From the NCBI GenBank assembly GCA_050613775.1, contig JBODTK010000147.1, positions 372,001 through 422,708 of the forward strand: a DNA stretch of 50,708 nt, given 5' to 3'. Source of the DNA: Neocallimastix sp. 'constans' (Eukaryota). Of this stretch, positions 15,181 through 29,367 are shown piece by piece (within the stretch, counting starts at the first letter, position 1; each line of letters opens with the position of its first letter). The notes under the pieces were generated by a model. That model did not search any database, had not been told where the DNA came from, and worked only from the letters and a program-made list of their open reading frames with translations. Position numbers and translations under genes: made by a program.

Positions 15181-15515
15181 ATTATTATAATAAAGAATAA
15201 AAATTATATGTAAAAATAATTATTTTTTATATTGAGGTTGATTAATGATTATTTTATTTTATTTTATTTTTTTTTTTTTAAGGTAATATTTAATAAAAAT
15301 AAAATAAAAATTAAAATAAAAATTAAAAACATTAATAATATTATCAATAGTCATAAGAATAAAATAATAAACAAACAAACAAACAAACAAATAAATAAAT
15401 AAAAAAAATTGATAAATAGATATATATATTTATATACAAAATATATATATATAAATTTAAAATTAAAAAAAAAAAATAATAAATATAATCATAAAAAAAA
15501 AAAAAAAAAAAAAAA

Positions 15516-17252
15516 ATGTCACTTGTTGGAAAAAGAATTAATTTTGATGGAAATTTAGGAACCGTTTTATATGAGGGACCTGTAACCAATAGTAAAGTAA
15601 TATGGGTAGGAGTTCAATGGGACGATCCCAGTAGAGGTAAACATAGTGGTGAATATAAAGGTGTTAAATATTTTACTCCTACCGTTGAAAATTCTGCATC
15701 TTTTGTTAAACGAGATTCACCAGCACTTGTTGTGGGACAGTCATTTCAGGAAGCCCTCATAAAAAAATATATATTAAAGGATGAACAAGACAGGAAAAAT
15801 GAGGAACCTGTTTATTGGGGTAAGTTGGTAGAAAAAGTTGGTTTTGAAAAAATTGATAAGAAACAGAGTCACCTCAATGAACTCATTGAGGTGGGTTTAG
15901 ATTTTCAAAATATTGATAGGGCCTTAGCAGAAAATGAGAGTAAAGGGAAAATAAAGGAAATATGTCCAAGTATTGAGGAACTTAATTTATCTGAAAATTT
16001 ATTTACTCACTGGGATGACGTATTTGATATTTTAGCGGAATTGGAGCAACTCCATGTATTATTTTTAAATAAAAATAAAATTGATGCGACATCCTTAAAA
16101 AATATTACCAGAAATTCTAATGCTAAATTTGAGAGTATCCATACGTTGTCGCTAAATAAATCAATTAATGAATGGGAAACGGTATGCGACCTGGAACCTT
16201 ATTTCCCATGTTTAGAAATAATGTCATTGGGTTTCAATAATTTGAGTAGTTTATTACCACCACTTCAACCTAACCAATTTTCTGCATTAAAATCAATTAA
16301 TTTAGAATATAATAATTTTGAGGATTGGAAGGTGATCGAAGCTACCCTAGGAAAGTTACCCTCTTTAGAAAATTTAAAAATGGATTATAATCAAATTAAA
16401 ATGATAAAGTATACTCCGGATACCTTTAAAATGTTAGATACCATTAACTTAAATAATAATGCCATTGATAATTGGGAAACCATCATCGAATTGGATAAAT
16501 TTCCTTCCTTAAAAAAATTAAGACTTTCAAGAAATCCGTTGAATGATACCGTAGAGCCAGCCACGAATTTTAGAATATTTGTCATTGCTCAAATTAGTCG
16601 GTTGGAACAATTTAATGGTAGTTTCGTTCCTAAAAACGATAGGTATGACTGTGAACGATATTATATTAATTATGCTTTTCAAGAGAAACAGAAAAACAAT
16701 TGGACAGAGGAAGAATTTTCGATAAGGCATCCCAAGTTTCAGGAACTTCAAAAATATCATGATATTATATTGACGGTGAAAGAGGATAAGGCTCAGACCT
16801 TAGAAACGTCCCTCATAACCGTTCAAATCTCGTGTCCTCAACGTACAAAAAAAATTGCCAAAAAAAAATTACCTCCAGATACCAAAATAATTACCCTCAA
16901 AGGTATTATTCAACGATTATTTAAGGTCCCACTACTCTCACAACGACTACACCTTGTTGATAATAATACCACAGAAATTAATGGTGAGGAAGGCAATAAA
17001 AATTTCATAGCACCCATTAATAGTCTTGAAAGTATACCAATTCAAACGGTTCAATCTGCCGAATTAAATAATGATGTAACAGACTATTTCCTTAGGGATG
17101 AAAAGTTGAAACCTCTTAATGATAAAATTTTTTCAATATTAAAGGCTAATAACATTAATCATATTAATAATATTTTTGAAATGGATGATGATATTAAAAC
17201 AATTTCTCATTATGATCTCTCTGATAAAGATATGATTATTGTCACAGTATGA
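15516..17252 (+). CDS. TBCE: Tubulin-folding cofactor E (CAP-Gly + LRR + C-terminal ubiquitin-like), 578 aa, single exon
   Basis: N-terminal CAP-Gly (GTVLYEGPV...WVGVQWDDPSRGKHSG...YF), several LxxLxLxxN leucine-rich repeats, DRYDCERYY motif, and a UBL-like tail (KKKLPPDTKIITLKGIIQRLFKV...ISHYDL). This is the PAC2/TBCE architecture. Confidence 0.93.
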   Translation: MSLVGKRINFDGNLGTVLYEGPVTNSKVIWVGVQWDDPSRGKHSGEYKGVKYFTPTVENSASFVKRDSPALVVGQSFQEALIKKYILKDEQDRKNEEPVYWGKLVEKVGFEKIDKKQSHLNELIEVGLDFQNIDRALAENESKGKIKEICPSIEELNLSENLFTHWDDVFDILAELEQLHVLFLNKNKIDATSLKNITRNSNAKFESIHTLSLNKSINEWETVCDLEPYFPCLEIMSLGFNNLSSLLPPLQPNQFSALKSINLEYNNFEDWKVIEATLGKLPSLENLKMDYNQIKMIKYTPDTFKMLDTINLNNNAIDNWETIIELDKFPSLKKLRLSRNPLNDTVEPATNFRIFVIAQISRLEQFNGSFVPKNDRYDCERYYINYAFQEKQKNNWTEEEFSIRHPKFQELQKYHDIILTVKEDKAQTLETSLITVQISCPQRTKKIAKKKLPPDTKIITLKGIIQRLFKVPLLSQRLHLVDNNTTEINGEEGNKNFIAPINSLESIPIQTVQSAELNNDVTDYFLRDEKLKPLNDKIFSILKANNINHINNIFEMDDDIKTISHYDLSDKDMIIVTV

Positions 17253-17470
17253 AAATAAATAAATAGATAAAATTATATATATAGTATATATATATATAAA
17301 TTCAAATACCTACAAATATTTATATTGAAAAAAATCTATTATTATTATAATTATTATTATTATTATTATTTAATGATAATAACAATAGCCACAACAATAA
17401 TAATAACAACAACAATAAAGAAAATTATCATCGATGAAAATTTTTATTATTTATTTATTTAATTCTAAAT

Positions 17471-17509
<39 letters not shown>

Positions 17510-17674
17510 ATCTCAACCTTGGAATAGTTAATTTATAAAGCTTGAGAACTTTGTAAAATATTAAAATGATAAATGATAAATGATAAATGATAATAATAAT
17601 AATAATAAAAACATTAAAATAAATAAGGGGGGAATTATACGTAAATATGTACATATCTATATTATAAAAAAATG

Positions 17675-17710
<36 letters not shown>

Positions 17711-17917
17711 CTTGATGAAGAAAAGTATACACATATATATATATATATATAAATATAAAATAAAATAAAATAAAAAAAAGGAAAAAAAAAAAGGAAAAAT
17801 AAAAAAGTTAAAATATTTATCAATAACTTATAAAGCAAATAATAATTTATTAATATATTGGTAATAAAAATAATATTTATTAATTATATTAAAAATAATC
17901 ATTAAATACTTTTTATG

Positions 17918-17954
<37 letters not shown>

Positions 17955-18358
17955 TTTTTTTTTTATTATTATTATTATTTTTTTTTACTTTAGAGTAAAA
18001 AAAAAAAAAAAAAAAAATAGTTATTGTCAGTAAATGAATACTATTTAAATCCATTAATTATTACTATTATTATTATTACTATTTATTATTTTAATTAAAA
18101 AACAAAAACAAAACAAAAAACAAAAAACAAAAAACAAAAACAAAAACAAAAACAAAAACAAAAACAAAAAATCAAAAAAACAAAAACAACAACAACAACA
18201 AAAAAAAAAAAAAAACATTAATAATTATAATAGAAATAACATTAATACTAATGATTTATATGTTGAAAAAGCTATGATATTCTTATGTGTATATATATGT
18301 ATATTAACACATTTTGGTTTTCATTTTTTTTTTTATCATTTAACAAGCATAATTAATG

Positions 18359-18391
<33 letters not shown>

Positions 18392-18606
18392 ATATATCTA
18401 TTGATTTAATACTAAAAATTAAAATTATTATTTTTAGTTTTAATTTATCATCATCATCATCATCATCATCAGTATTATTATTTATGATATTTAAATAATA
18501 AAATATTATAATTAAAATAAAAGTTTTAAAGTTTAAATAGAAAATAGGTAAATAGTAGTAGTTAAAGATAATAAGGAAGAAGAAGACTTTTTTTTTTTTT
18601 TTTTTT

Positions 18607-19514
18607 TTAATTCAAATTCATAAGTTTTTTCTTCAACTCTTCCTTTTCATTTTCTAAGGTTTTAATTTTTGAATTCTTATCCTGTAATTCCTTTAATACT
18701 TTTGTATACTTTCCTCTTAATTCTTTAATTTTTTTTTTGTATTCCTTACTTTTTTCTTTGTATTTTTCAATTATTTCTTTGTATTTTTCAATTTTTTCTT
18801 TGTATTTTTCAATTTTTTCATTGTATTTTTCAATTTTTTCATTGTATTTCTTGAGTTTTGAATTTTGTTTATCCATTTCTCTTGCTTGACTTTCGGATTT
18901 TCCATTGGAATTCTTTCTTTTTTCTTTATTCATTAATGGGATATCCTTGATTAAATCATTAAAGGAAACTGTTTTTTTATGTTTTAGTTGACTCAAACTT
19001 TTTGTCCTTCTAAGTTTATTTGTATTTGTATTTGTATTTGTATTTTTAGTTGTATTCGTATTCGTATTCGTATCTGCATTTTTAGTTTTATTTTTTCTTT
19101 CATTTTGTTTAGCATTGCTTTTTTTCTTTTTATTATTATTAAAAGAAAATTTAGATTTCAAAAAATTGGATTTAGTTTTGCCAACCTTTAGAGTGCTGGT
19201 TGATGAATCATCATTCTCTTTCTTCTTCTTTTTATCTTTACTACTATTTAATATTTCGATGAAACTAAAATCTGTACTGGAATCAGAATCAGAATCAGAA
19301 TTAGAATTTTCAACAAAAAGACATTGATCTTTGCTTGTATCTCTTGAAAAAGGTTTTGTTTTATTTGTATCACTGATTATATCATCATCATCAGAATCAG
19401 AATCAAAGGTGGTATGTTCACTATCTGAATTGCTTAAACTTGAGTCACTTTCGTAATTCTGTTGATCTGATTTTCCAATAAAAATTCCTTCATCATTATT
19501 ACTTTCTGAACTTT

Positions 19515-19550
<36 letters not shown>

Positions 19551-19632
19551 TATGGTTATGATTATATTTGTCCTCATTCTTTCTGTTATTATTAGAGGAA
19601 TTAATACCAAATGAATGTTTATAGGAGGTCAT
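18607..19632 (-). CDS. Uncharacterised Ser/Asp-rich low-complexity protein with C-terminal coiled coil (341 aa); divergent paralogue 1
   Basis: Long uninterrupted ORF with EKIEKY(N/K) heptads. KLRRTKS..VSFN matches KLKKAKS..VNFN and KLKKSKS..IDFN in the two downstream paralogues, and its 3' flank (~18240-18440) resembles theirs. Confidence 0.72.
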
Positions 19633-20085
19633 TTTTTTTTTTTTTTGTGATATTATAGATGTAAAATTAATTTCTTAATTTATTTACCTATTTATTTATA
19701 TATTTATTTATAAATATGATAAGAGATAGAAAAAAAAAAAAAAAAAAAAAGTATTAATATATTGAAAATAAAAATTTTTATAGATAATATAATATGTATT
19801 TAATAGAAAAAGTTTACAATAAAATAAATATATATATATCTATATATATGTTTTTTTTTATTTACCTATTTTTTTTTTTTTCTTTTCTTACTAATGCTTT
19901 TTTTTTTTTTTTAACAATATTTTGGTTTGGTACTTTATTTTTGAAAATTATAAAAAATAAATAAATAAATAAATAAATAAAAAAAAAAAAAAAAAAAAAA
20001 AATTTTTTTTTTTTTGAATTTATACAAAATAATAATGTCTTGGAATAAATTTTACTTCCATTATTTTTTGTATTCTTAAAAAAAT

Positions 20086-20116
<31 letters not shown>

Positions 20117-20339
20117 GGATATAATTTTGTTATTACAGAAATTAGTCAAATTGGAAATTGAAACTATTTTCGATTAAGACATACGTACATATATATATAT
20201 ATATAATATGAATAAAATAATTGAATAATTGAACAATTGAATAATATAATAAAAATTTAATATAATAAAAAATTACAAATTTAATATAATAAAAAATTAT
20301 TAAAAATATATATTTATAGTTATGTCTTTTTTTTTTTTT

Positions 20340-23300
20340 AATAAATAATAATAAATAATAAATAATAAATAATAAATAATTAATAATAAATAATAAATAA
20401 TAAAAAGAGTATTTATTAATAAATAATAAATAATAAATAATAAATAATAAATAATAAAAAGAGTATTTATTAATAAATAATAAATAATAAATAATAAATA
20501 ATAAAAAGAGTATTTATTAATAAATAATAAATAATAAATAATAAATAATAAATAATAAAAAGAGTATTTATTAATAAATAATAAATAATAAATAATAAAT
20601 AATAAAAAGAGTATTTATTAATAAATAATAAATAATAAATAATAAATAATAAAAAGAGTATTTATTAATAAATAATAAATAATAAATAATAAATAATAAA
20701 AAGAGTATTTATTAATAAATAATAAATAATAAATAATAAATAATAAAAAGAGTATTTATTAATAAATAATAAATAATAAATAATAAATAATAAAAAGAGT
20801 ATTTATTAATAAATAATAAATAATAAATAATAAATAATAAAAAGAGTATTTATTAATAAATAATAAATAATAAATAATAAATAATAAAAAGAGTATTTAT
20901 TAATAAATAATAAATAATAAATAATAAATAATAAAAAGAGTATTTATTAATAAATAATAAATAATAAATAATAAATAATAAAAAGAGTATTTATTAATAA
21001 ATAATAAATAATAAATAATAAATAATAAAAAGAGTATTTATTAATAAATAATAAATAATAAATAATAAATAATAAAAAGAGTATTTATTAATAAATAATA
21101 AATAATAAATAATAAATAATAAAAAGAGTATTTATTAATAAATAATAAATAATAAATAATAAATAATAAAAAGAGTATTTATTAATAAATAATAAATAAT
21201 AAATAATAAATAATAAAAAGAGTATTTATTAATAAATAATAAATAATAAATAATAAATAATAAAAAGAGTATTTATTAATAAATAATAAATAATAAATAA
21301 TAAATAATAAAAAGAGTATTTATTAATAAATAATAAATAATAAATAATAAATAATAAAAAGAGTATTTATTAATAAATAATAAATAATAAATAATAAATA
21401 ATAAAAAGAGTATTTATTAATAAATAATAAATAATAAATAATAAATAATAAAAAGAGTATTTATTAATAAATAATAAATAATAAATAATAAATAATAAAA
21501 AGAGTATTTATTAATAAATAATAAATAATAAATAATAAATAATAAAAAGAGTATTTATTAATAAATAATAAATAATAAATAATAAATAATAAAAAGAGTA
21601 TTTATTAATAAATAATAAATAATAAATAATAAATAATAAAAAGAGTATTTATTAATAAATAATAAATAATAAATAATAAATAATAAAAAGAGTATTTATT
21701 AATAAATAATAAATAATAAATAATAAATAATAAAAAGAGTATTTATTAATAAATAATAAATAATAAATAATAAATAATAAAAAGAGTATTTATTAATAAA
21801 TAATAAATAATAAATAATAAATAATAAAAAGAGTATTTATTAATAAATAATAAATAATAAATAATAAATAATAAAAAGAGTATTTATTAATAAATAATAA
21901 ATAATAAATAATAAATAATAAAAAGAGTATTTATTAATAAATAATAAATAATAAATAATAAATAATAAAAAGAGTATTTATTAATAAATAATAAATAATA
22001 AATAATAAATAATAAAAAGAGTATTTATTAATAAATAATAAATAATAAATAATAAATAATAAAAAGAGTATTTATTAATAAATAATAAATAATAAATAAT
22101 AAATAATAAAAAGAGTATTTATTAATAAATAATAAATAATAAATAATAAATAATAAAAAGAGTATTTATTAATAAATAATAAATAATAAATAATAAATAA
22201 TAAAAAGAGTATTTATTAATAAATAATAAATAATAAATAATAAATAATAAAAAGAGTATTTATTAATAAATAATAAATAATAAATAATAAATAATAAAAA
22301 GAGTATTTATTAATAAATAATAAATAATAAATAATAAATAATAAAAAGAGTATTTATTAATAAATAATAAATAATAAATAATAAATAATAAAAAGAGTAT
22401 TTATTAATAAATAATAAATAATAAATAATAAATAATAAAAAGAGTATTTATTAATAAATAATAAATAATAAATAATAAATAATAAAAAGAGTATTTATTA
22501 ATAAATAATAAATAATAAATAATAAATAATAAAAAGAGTATTTATTAATAAATAATAAATAATAAATAATAAATAATAAAAAGAGTATTTATTAATAAAT
22601 AATAAATAATAAATAATAAATAATAAAAAGAGTATTTATTAATAAATAATAAATAATAAATAATAAATAATAAAAAGAGTATTTATTAATAAATAATAAA
22701 TAATAAATAATAAATAATAAAAAGAGTATTTATTAATAAATAATAAATAATAAATAATAAATAATAAAAAGAGTATTTATTAATAAATAATAAATAATAA
22801 ATAATAAATAATAAAAAGAGTATTTATTAATAAATAATAAATAATAAATAATAAATAATAAAAAGAGTATTTATTAATAAATAATAAATAATAAATAATA
22901 AATAATAAAAAGAGTATTTATTAATAAATAATAAATAATAAATAATAAATAATAAAAAGAGTATTTATTAATAAATAATAAATAATAAATAATAAATAAT
23001 AAAAAGAGTATTTATTAATAAATAATAAATAATAAATAATAAATAATAAAAAGAGTATTTATTAATAAATAATAAATAATAAATAATAAATAATAAAAAG
23101 AGTATTTATTAATAAATAATAAATAATAAATAATAAATAATAAAAAGAGTATTTATTAATAAATAATAAATAATAAATAATAAATAATAAAAAGAGTATT
23201 TATTAATAAATAATAAATAATAAATAATAAATAATAAAAAGAGTATTTATTAATAAATAATAAATAATAAATAATAAATAATAAAAAGAGTATTTATTAA

Positions 23301-23770
23301 TAAATAATAAATAATAAATAATAAATAATAAAAAGAGTATTTATTAATAAATAATAAATAATAAATAATAAATAATAAAAAGAGTATTTATTAATAAATA
23401 ATAAATAATAAATAATAAATAATAAAAAGAGTATTTATTAATAAATAATAAATAATAAATAATAAATAATAAAAAGAGTATTTATTAATAAATAATAAAT
23501 AATAAATAATAAATAATAAAAAGAGTATTTATTAATAAATAATAAATAATAAATAATAAATAATAAATAATAAATAATAAATAATAAATAATAAATAATA
23601 AATAATAAATAATAAATAATAAATAATAAATAATAAATAATTGAATAATAAATAATAAATAATCGACTAATAAATCATAAATAATTGAATAATAAATAAT
23701 AATAAATAATAAATCATAAATAATTGAATAATAAATCATAAATAATTGAATAATAAATAATAAATAATAA
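20340..23770. repeat. Tandem satellite: 47-bp unit (AATAAAT)4-AATAAAAAGAGTATTTATT, ~66 near-identical copies, degenerating to 7-mers at the right end
   Basis: GAGT recurs every 47 bp (e.g. 20703, 20750, 20797) from ~20407 to ~23523. Confidence 0.97.
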
Positions 23771-24174
23771 AGAAAAAAGAAATATTAAAAATTTAATATA
23801 TTTAATATATTTAAAAAAAAAAAAAAAAATATAGTAATCCATAAACCGAATAATAATTTATTAATATAATAATAAATTAGATAATTATATAGCTTAAGTC
23901 TTTTTTTTTTTTTTTATTTTTTTATTTTTATATGTATTCATATTTATATTTATATTTTTTTATTAATATATATTTATAAATGACCCTGAATTTTTTTATT
24001 AGTCCAAAAATACATATAACTATATATTAGTATACTGTTTTATTGTGAATTTTAATACTTGTTTACTAATATATGTTCCTATTTATCTATATTTATTTTA
24101 TTTTGTATTTCTTTTTAAAATATAATAAGAAAATTTAAAAAAAGTAGTAGTCAGTAATCAATATCATGTAAATC

Positions 24175-24221
<47 letters not shown>

Positions 24222-24951
24222 TTTTAATAAGACACTAATAATGTCCAAAACATTAATAGTGATGATTAATAAGCTGAATTGATAGTATTTGTAGATATAT
24301 ATATTAACATTTGATTTCATTATCATTTATTATTATTATTATTATTAAATACACAATCTTTTTATTATTATTATTATTATTGCTATCATTAAATATAACC
24401 CAAAATTGTTGTTTCATTCACCTATTGATTTAATATTGAAAAATCAAAATTATTATTTATTATTTTATAGTTACTATTATTAATTATTTTTACCTTTATT
24501 TTACTTTTTTTTTATAAATAAACTAAAGTAAAATAAGATAAGATAAGATAATAAAATAAAATAAAATAAGATAAAATAAAATAATATATATAAATAAGTG
24601 AATATTTATTATTATAAATATTCATTAATTACATATAATTAATAGATATCATTATTATCTATGATTATACAGAATAAATTATTATAATTTAAATAAAAGG
24701 TGAAATCAAATCTATTTAAATTTAAATTTCATGTATATATAAATATATATATATATATATATTTTTTTTTTTATTTTGTATTTTTTTAAAAAAAGAAACG
24801 ATAAAAAAAAAATTATAATTAAGATATATGTATATATATAAATTTATTTAATTTTCTTTAAAAGTAAAGTGAAGTTTCCTTTGTTTTATTATTCGTTATC
24901 TTCAGTTTCTGAATTATTTTTTCTCTTTTAATTTCTCATTTTCTTCTTCCT

Positions 24952-25809
24952 TCAGTGCCTTATTCTTCTCTTCAGTCTTATAATTATTTCTTTTAATTGC
25001 TCATTTTCTTCCTTCAGTGCTTCATTTTCCTCTTCTAATTCTTCATTTTTATCCTCTAATTCTTCATTTTCTTCTTCCAATTCTTCATTTTTATTCTCCA
25101 TTTCCTCAATTTTTTCCTTTAATTCCTCAATTTTTTCCTTCAATGTTTCATTTTCTCCTTCCAATCTGTAATTTTTATTCTCCAGTTCTATAATTTTAAA
25201 TTTGTTAATCGATGGTTCTTCCGTTTTTTCTTCATTCTTCTTCCTTAATTGTTTCTTCTTCTTCTTTTTTAATTGTTTAACTTTTTCTTCATTGAAATTT
25301 ACTTGACTCATACTTTTTGCCTTTTTAAGTTTTGTTGTACTTTTATTTTCACTATCAATTTGTTCAAGTTTTATATAATTGTTATTTTCACTATCAATTT
25401 GTTTGAGTTTTATATAATTATTATTTTCACTATCAATTTGTTCAAGTTTTATATAATTGTTATTTTCACTATCAATTTGTTTGAGTTTTATATAATTGTT
25501 ATTTTCACTATCAATTTGTTCAAGTTTTATATAACTGTTGGAGTAGCTGTCTACATTATTATCATCAACCTCTATAGAACTTTTTTTACTGGAATTATCA
25601 TCTCTATTTGTGTCATATTTCACAAAATCATGATTATCGATTTGATTTTCACTACTATCGGTGCTTTTATTAGAGCTGTCATGGCCAATAATATATTTTT
25701 CAAAACCATAGATCATAGGAAAATGTGTTTCATTATATTTATTAAAATCCTTGTTCTCTCTGTTTTCGTCAGAGGAATCATTATCACTTTCAAATTCATC
25801 AACTGTCAT
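24952..25809 (-). CDS. Uncharacterised acidic/coiled-coil protein (285 aa); paralogue 2
   Basis: N-terminus DENRENKDFNKYNETHFPMIYGFEKYII is nearly identical to the 28708 gene. Has five 13-aa (39-bp) YIKL(E/K)QIDSENNN repeats at ~25345-25535 and Glu/Lys heptads. Confidence 0.8.
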   Translation of the reverse strand: MTVDEFESDNDSSDENRENKDFNKYNETHFPMIYGFEKYIIGHDSSNKSTDSSENQIDNHDFVKYDTNRDDNSSKKSSIEVDDNNVDSYSNSYIKLEQIDSENNNYIKLKQIDSENNNYIKLEQIDSENNNYIKLKQIDSENNNYIKLEQIDSENKSTTKLKKAKSMSQVNFNEEKVKQLKKKKKKQLRKKNEEKTEEPSINKFKIIELENKNYRLEGENETLKEKIEELKEKIEEMENKNEELEEENEELEDKNEELEEENEALKEENEQLKEIIIRLKRRIRH

Positions 25810-26363
25810 TTCTGATATTATGTTATAATATGTAAATATATTTCTTTATTTCTTTATAGTTTTTTTTTTTCTTTATAAAATATAAATAGAAATTTCAAAA
25901 AAAAAAAATTTTTTTTTTTTTTTATTTCTTTATTTCTTTATTTTATTATTATTAATATTATAATTTTTTTTTTTTTTGTAAAATATAAATAGAAATGTCA
26001 AAAAAAATTAAAAGATAATGTATATGATCTGTAATTCCATTTTTTATTTCTATTTTTTACTTCTTTTTTTTTTTTTTTTTTTTTTATATTTCAAATATTA
26101 AAAAACTAAATATAAATATAAATTTTATTGAATGAAAAATTTTATGGAATGAAAAATTTTATTGAATGAAATTAATTATAATATATTAAATTTAATTATT
26201 TATTTTAATTTTTTAATTGAAATAAATAATATTGTTAATTATATTTCATTATTTTATTTTATTTTATTTTTTTTGTTGTTGTTGTGGATCTCTGAATTTT
26301 AAAAAGTTGAATAAGAAGGATGTAACAATATGAAATAAAATAATACATAAAGTTGTATTATTT

Positions 26364-26412
<49 letters not shown>

Positions 26413-27564
26413 AATAATATTATATTAGAGATTAGAATTTGAATAGTTTTATGATTTATTTTAATAATATATGTATATATCATATAATAATATTTATAAT
26501 ATTTATAATATTTATATAATATAATGGAAAAATAAAAAAATAAACTCTTAAGATGTAAAATAGTGAATATATATTAATAATATATTAATAATATATTCAT
26601 GAACATAAAAATATATATTGAATTTAATATATTAATATATTGATTTATATAATATAAATATATAAAATTTCATATTGAATTTAAGGAAATAAAAAAAATT
26701 TTAAAAAAAATGGACTTAAAATTTTTGTTTTTTTTAAAAAAAAAAAAAAAACTAAAAAATTATATTTGACAAACAATATTTTGATTAACATATATATATA
26801 TATATATAAATATATAAGTTTATATATATATTTATATATATTTTATATAAATAATATTTTTAATATTTATTATTTTATTTGCCGTTTCTTCTATTTTTAA
26901 CATAAATAAAAATAAAAATAAAAATAAAAAAAGAAAAGGAATAAAAAAAAAAGTAAAGAGCTAGGATTACCTTTATACTAATTGGGTTTCTCAAAAATTT
27001 TGATTTATTTTATTTTTATTTTTATTTAATTTATTTGTTTATTTGTTTGAAGAAAGGTGAAATCAATTATAAAAAATAATAGTTATTTTTATAATGTGCT
27101 ATACTATTTTGAACAATATATTCTTAATGATAAATTAAAATAAAATATAATAAAAAAATTATTATAAATAATTTTATATAATCATATGCATTTATATTTT
27201 TATTTTTTTTATTAATATATATTTATAATTGACCCTGAATTTTTTTTTCTTTAAAAAAATACATATATCTATATATCAGTATACTGTTTTATTGAGAATT
27301 TTAATACTTAGTTACTAATATATATTCTATAGTTATTTTATTTTATTTCATTTTTTGTTTCTTTTTAAAATAAAATAAGAAAATTTAAAATAGTTGTAGT
27401 TAGTAATCAATATCATGTAAATCTATTATTATTATTATTTTAATAAGATACTAATAATAATAATAATAATAATGATTAATAAGCTGAAAGTGATGGTATT
27501 TGTATATATATATATAGTATATATATATTAACATTTGGTTTCATTATCATTTATTATTATATAA

Positions 27565-27619
<55 letters not shown>

Positions 27620-27758
27620 GCTATTATTAAATATACAATACCATTATTGTTACTATTAAATATAACAAGTTTTATACAAAATTTTATTTCATTTACCTAT
27701 TGATTTAAAATTTAAAATAAAAATTATTATTTATTATTATTGTTTTTAATTATCTTAG

Positions 27759-27837
<79 letters not shown>

Positions 27838-28339
27838 TATATTTTTTAATTCTATAATAGTTTCTATATATTTATTAGATCAATAATCTCCTATTAGGAT
27901 TACTATATTCATTTAAGAAAAAAAAAAGAAATATATATTTATTTAGTTGTTATTATGAACTGAAAAATTTTTGAATCTTAAAGCATGATAAATAAATAAA
28001 TAAATAAAAATAAATAAAATAAAATAAATTAAAATATATATATATAGAAAAGAGAATATCTGTTATTATAAATATTTATTAATTACATTGTATTATTACA
28101 TATTATTATTTTTACATATTATTATTTTTACATACATATTATTATTTTTACATATTATTATTATTACATATTATTATCATTATTATTATTATATATTATT
28201 ATCTATGATTTTACGGAATAAATTAATATAATTAAAATAAAAAAGTCGAAATCCTTTGAATTAAAATTAAATATATCAATATATATATATATATATATAT
28301 TTATTTAATTTTCTTTAAATGAAAAGAATAATTTTTGTC

Positions 28340-28362
28340 TCGTTAATTTTCTCTAAAATAGG

Positions 28363-28393
<31 letters not shown>

Positions 28394-28427
28394 TTTTTCT
28401 TTTCTATTCAATTCTTCACTAAAATGG

Positions 28428-28489
<62 letters not shown>

Positions 28490-28715
28490 CTATTCAATTC
28501 TTCACTAAAATGGGTATATATATATTTTCCCCTTTTCTATTTTAATTTTCTCTAAAATAGATATTTTTTCCCTTTTCTATTTAATTTTCTCTAAAATAGA
28601 TATATTTTGTTTTCTTTTCAATTTTCTCTAAAATAGGTATATTATTTTTTTTTTTTGCTTTCTCTTCAATTTTCTCTAAAATAGGTATATTATTTTTCCT
28701 TTTCTATTCAATTAT
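28340..28715. repeat. Imperfect ~40-bp direct repeats (ttttctattcaattttctctaaaataggtatat) downstream of paralogue 3
   Basis: About 7 degenerate copies of aattttctctaaaatag/aattcttcactaaaatg; the last one overlaps the stop codon region. Confidence 0.75.
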
Positions 28716-29367
28716 CTTTATAAGAGGATTTTTTCTTCTTTAAAGTTTCCTTTGTTTTATTCTTTTTCTTCAGTTTCTCAATTTTTTCTTTTAATTTCTT
28801 AATTTCTTCCTTCAGTTCTTCATTTTCCTCTTCCAATTCGTCATTTTTACTCTCCAGCTCTATAATTTTAAATTCTTTAATCAATGATTCTTCAAATATT
28901 TGTTCATTCTTCTTTTTTAATTGCTTATTCTTCTTTTTTAATTGTTTATTCTTCTTTTTTAATTGTTTATTCTTCTTTTTTAATTGTTTATTTTTTTCTT
29001 CATATTCATTAAAATCTATATGTTTCTTACTTTTTGACTTTTTAAGTTTATTTATACTTTTATTTTCATTTCCAATTTGTTCAAGTCTTATGTAACTGTC
29101 GAAATCATCATCATCATCATCATTAAAATCTTCGCTTGAATTGTCGTCTGAATTTGTGTCAGAATTTGTGTCAGAATTTTCAAAATCATTATCATTGATT
29201 TGATTTTCACTACTGTCTGTGCTTTTATTAGAGCTGTCATGGTCAATAATATATTTTTCATAACCATAGATCATAGGAAAATGAGTTTCATTAAATTTAT
29301 TAATATCCTCGTTCTCTCTGTTTTCGTCATAGGAATCATTATCAATTTCAAATTCATTAGCCGACAT
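28708..29367 (-). CDS. Uncharacterised acidic/coiled-coil protein (219 aa); paralogue 3
   Basis: NETHFPMIYGYEKYII.HDSSNKSTDSSENQI is shared with paralogue 2. Contains KQLKKKN heptads x4. Confidence 0.8.
   Translation of the reverse strand: MSANEFEIDNDSYDENRENEDINKFNETHFPMIYGYEKYIIDHDSSNKSTDSSENQINDNDFENSDTNSDTNSDDNSSEDFNDDDDDDFDSYIRLEQIGNENKSINKLKKSKSKKHIDFNEYEEKNKQLKKKNKQLKKKNKQLKKKNKQLKKKNEQIFEESLIKEFKIIELESKNDELEEENEELKEEIKKLKEKIEKLKKKNKTKETLKKKKSSYKDN

Noticed and set aside
20340..23770. CRISPR-like or telomeric array
   Set aside because: The units are identical with no unique spacers and no cas genes; the array is internal and lacks a G-rich telomeric repeat.
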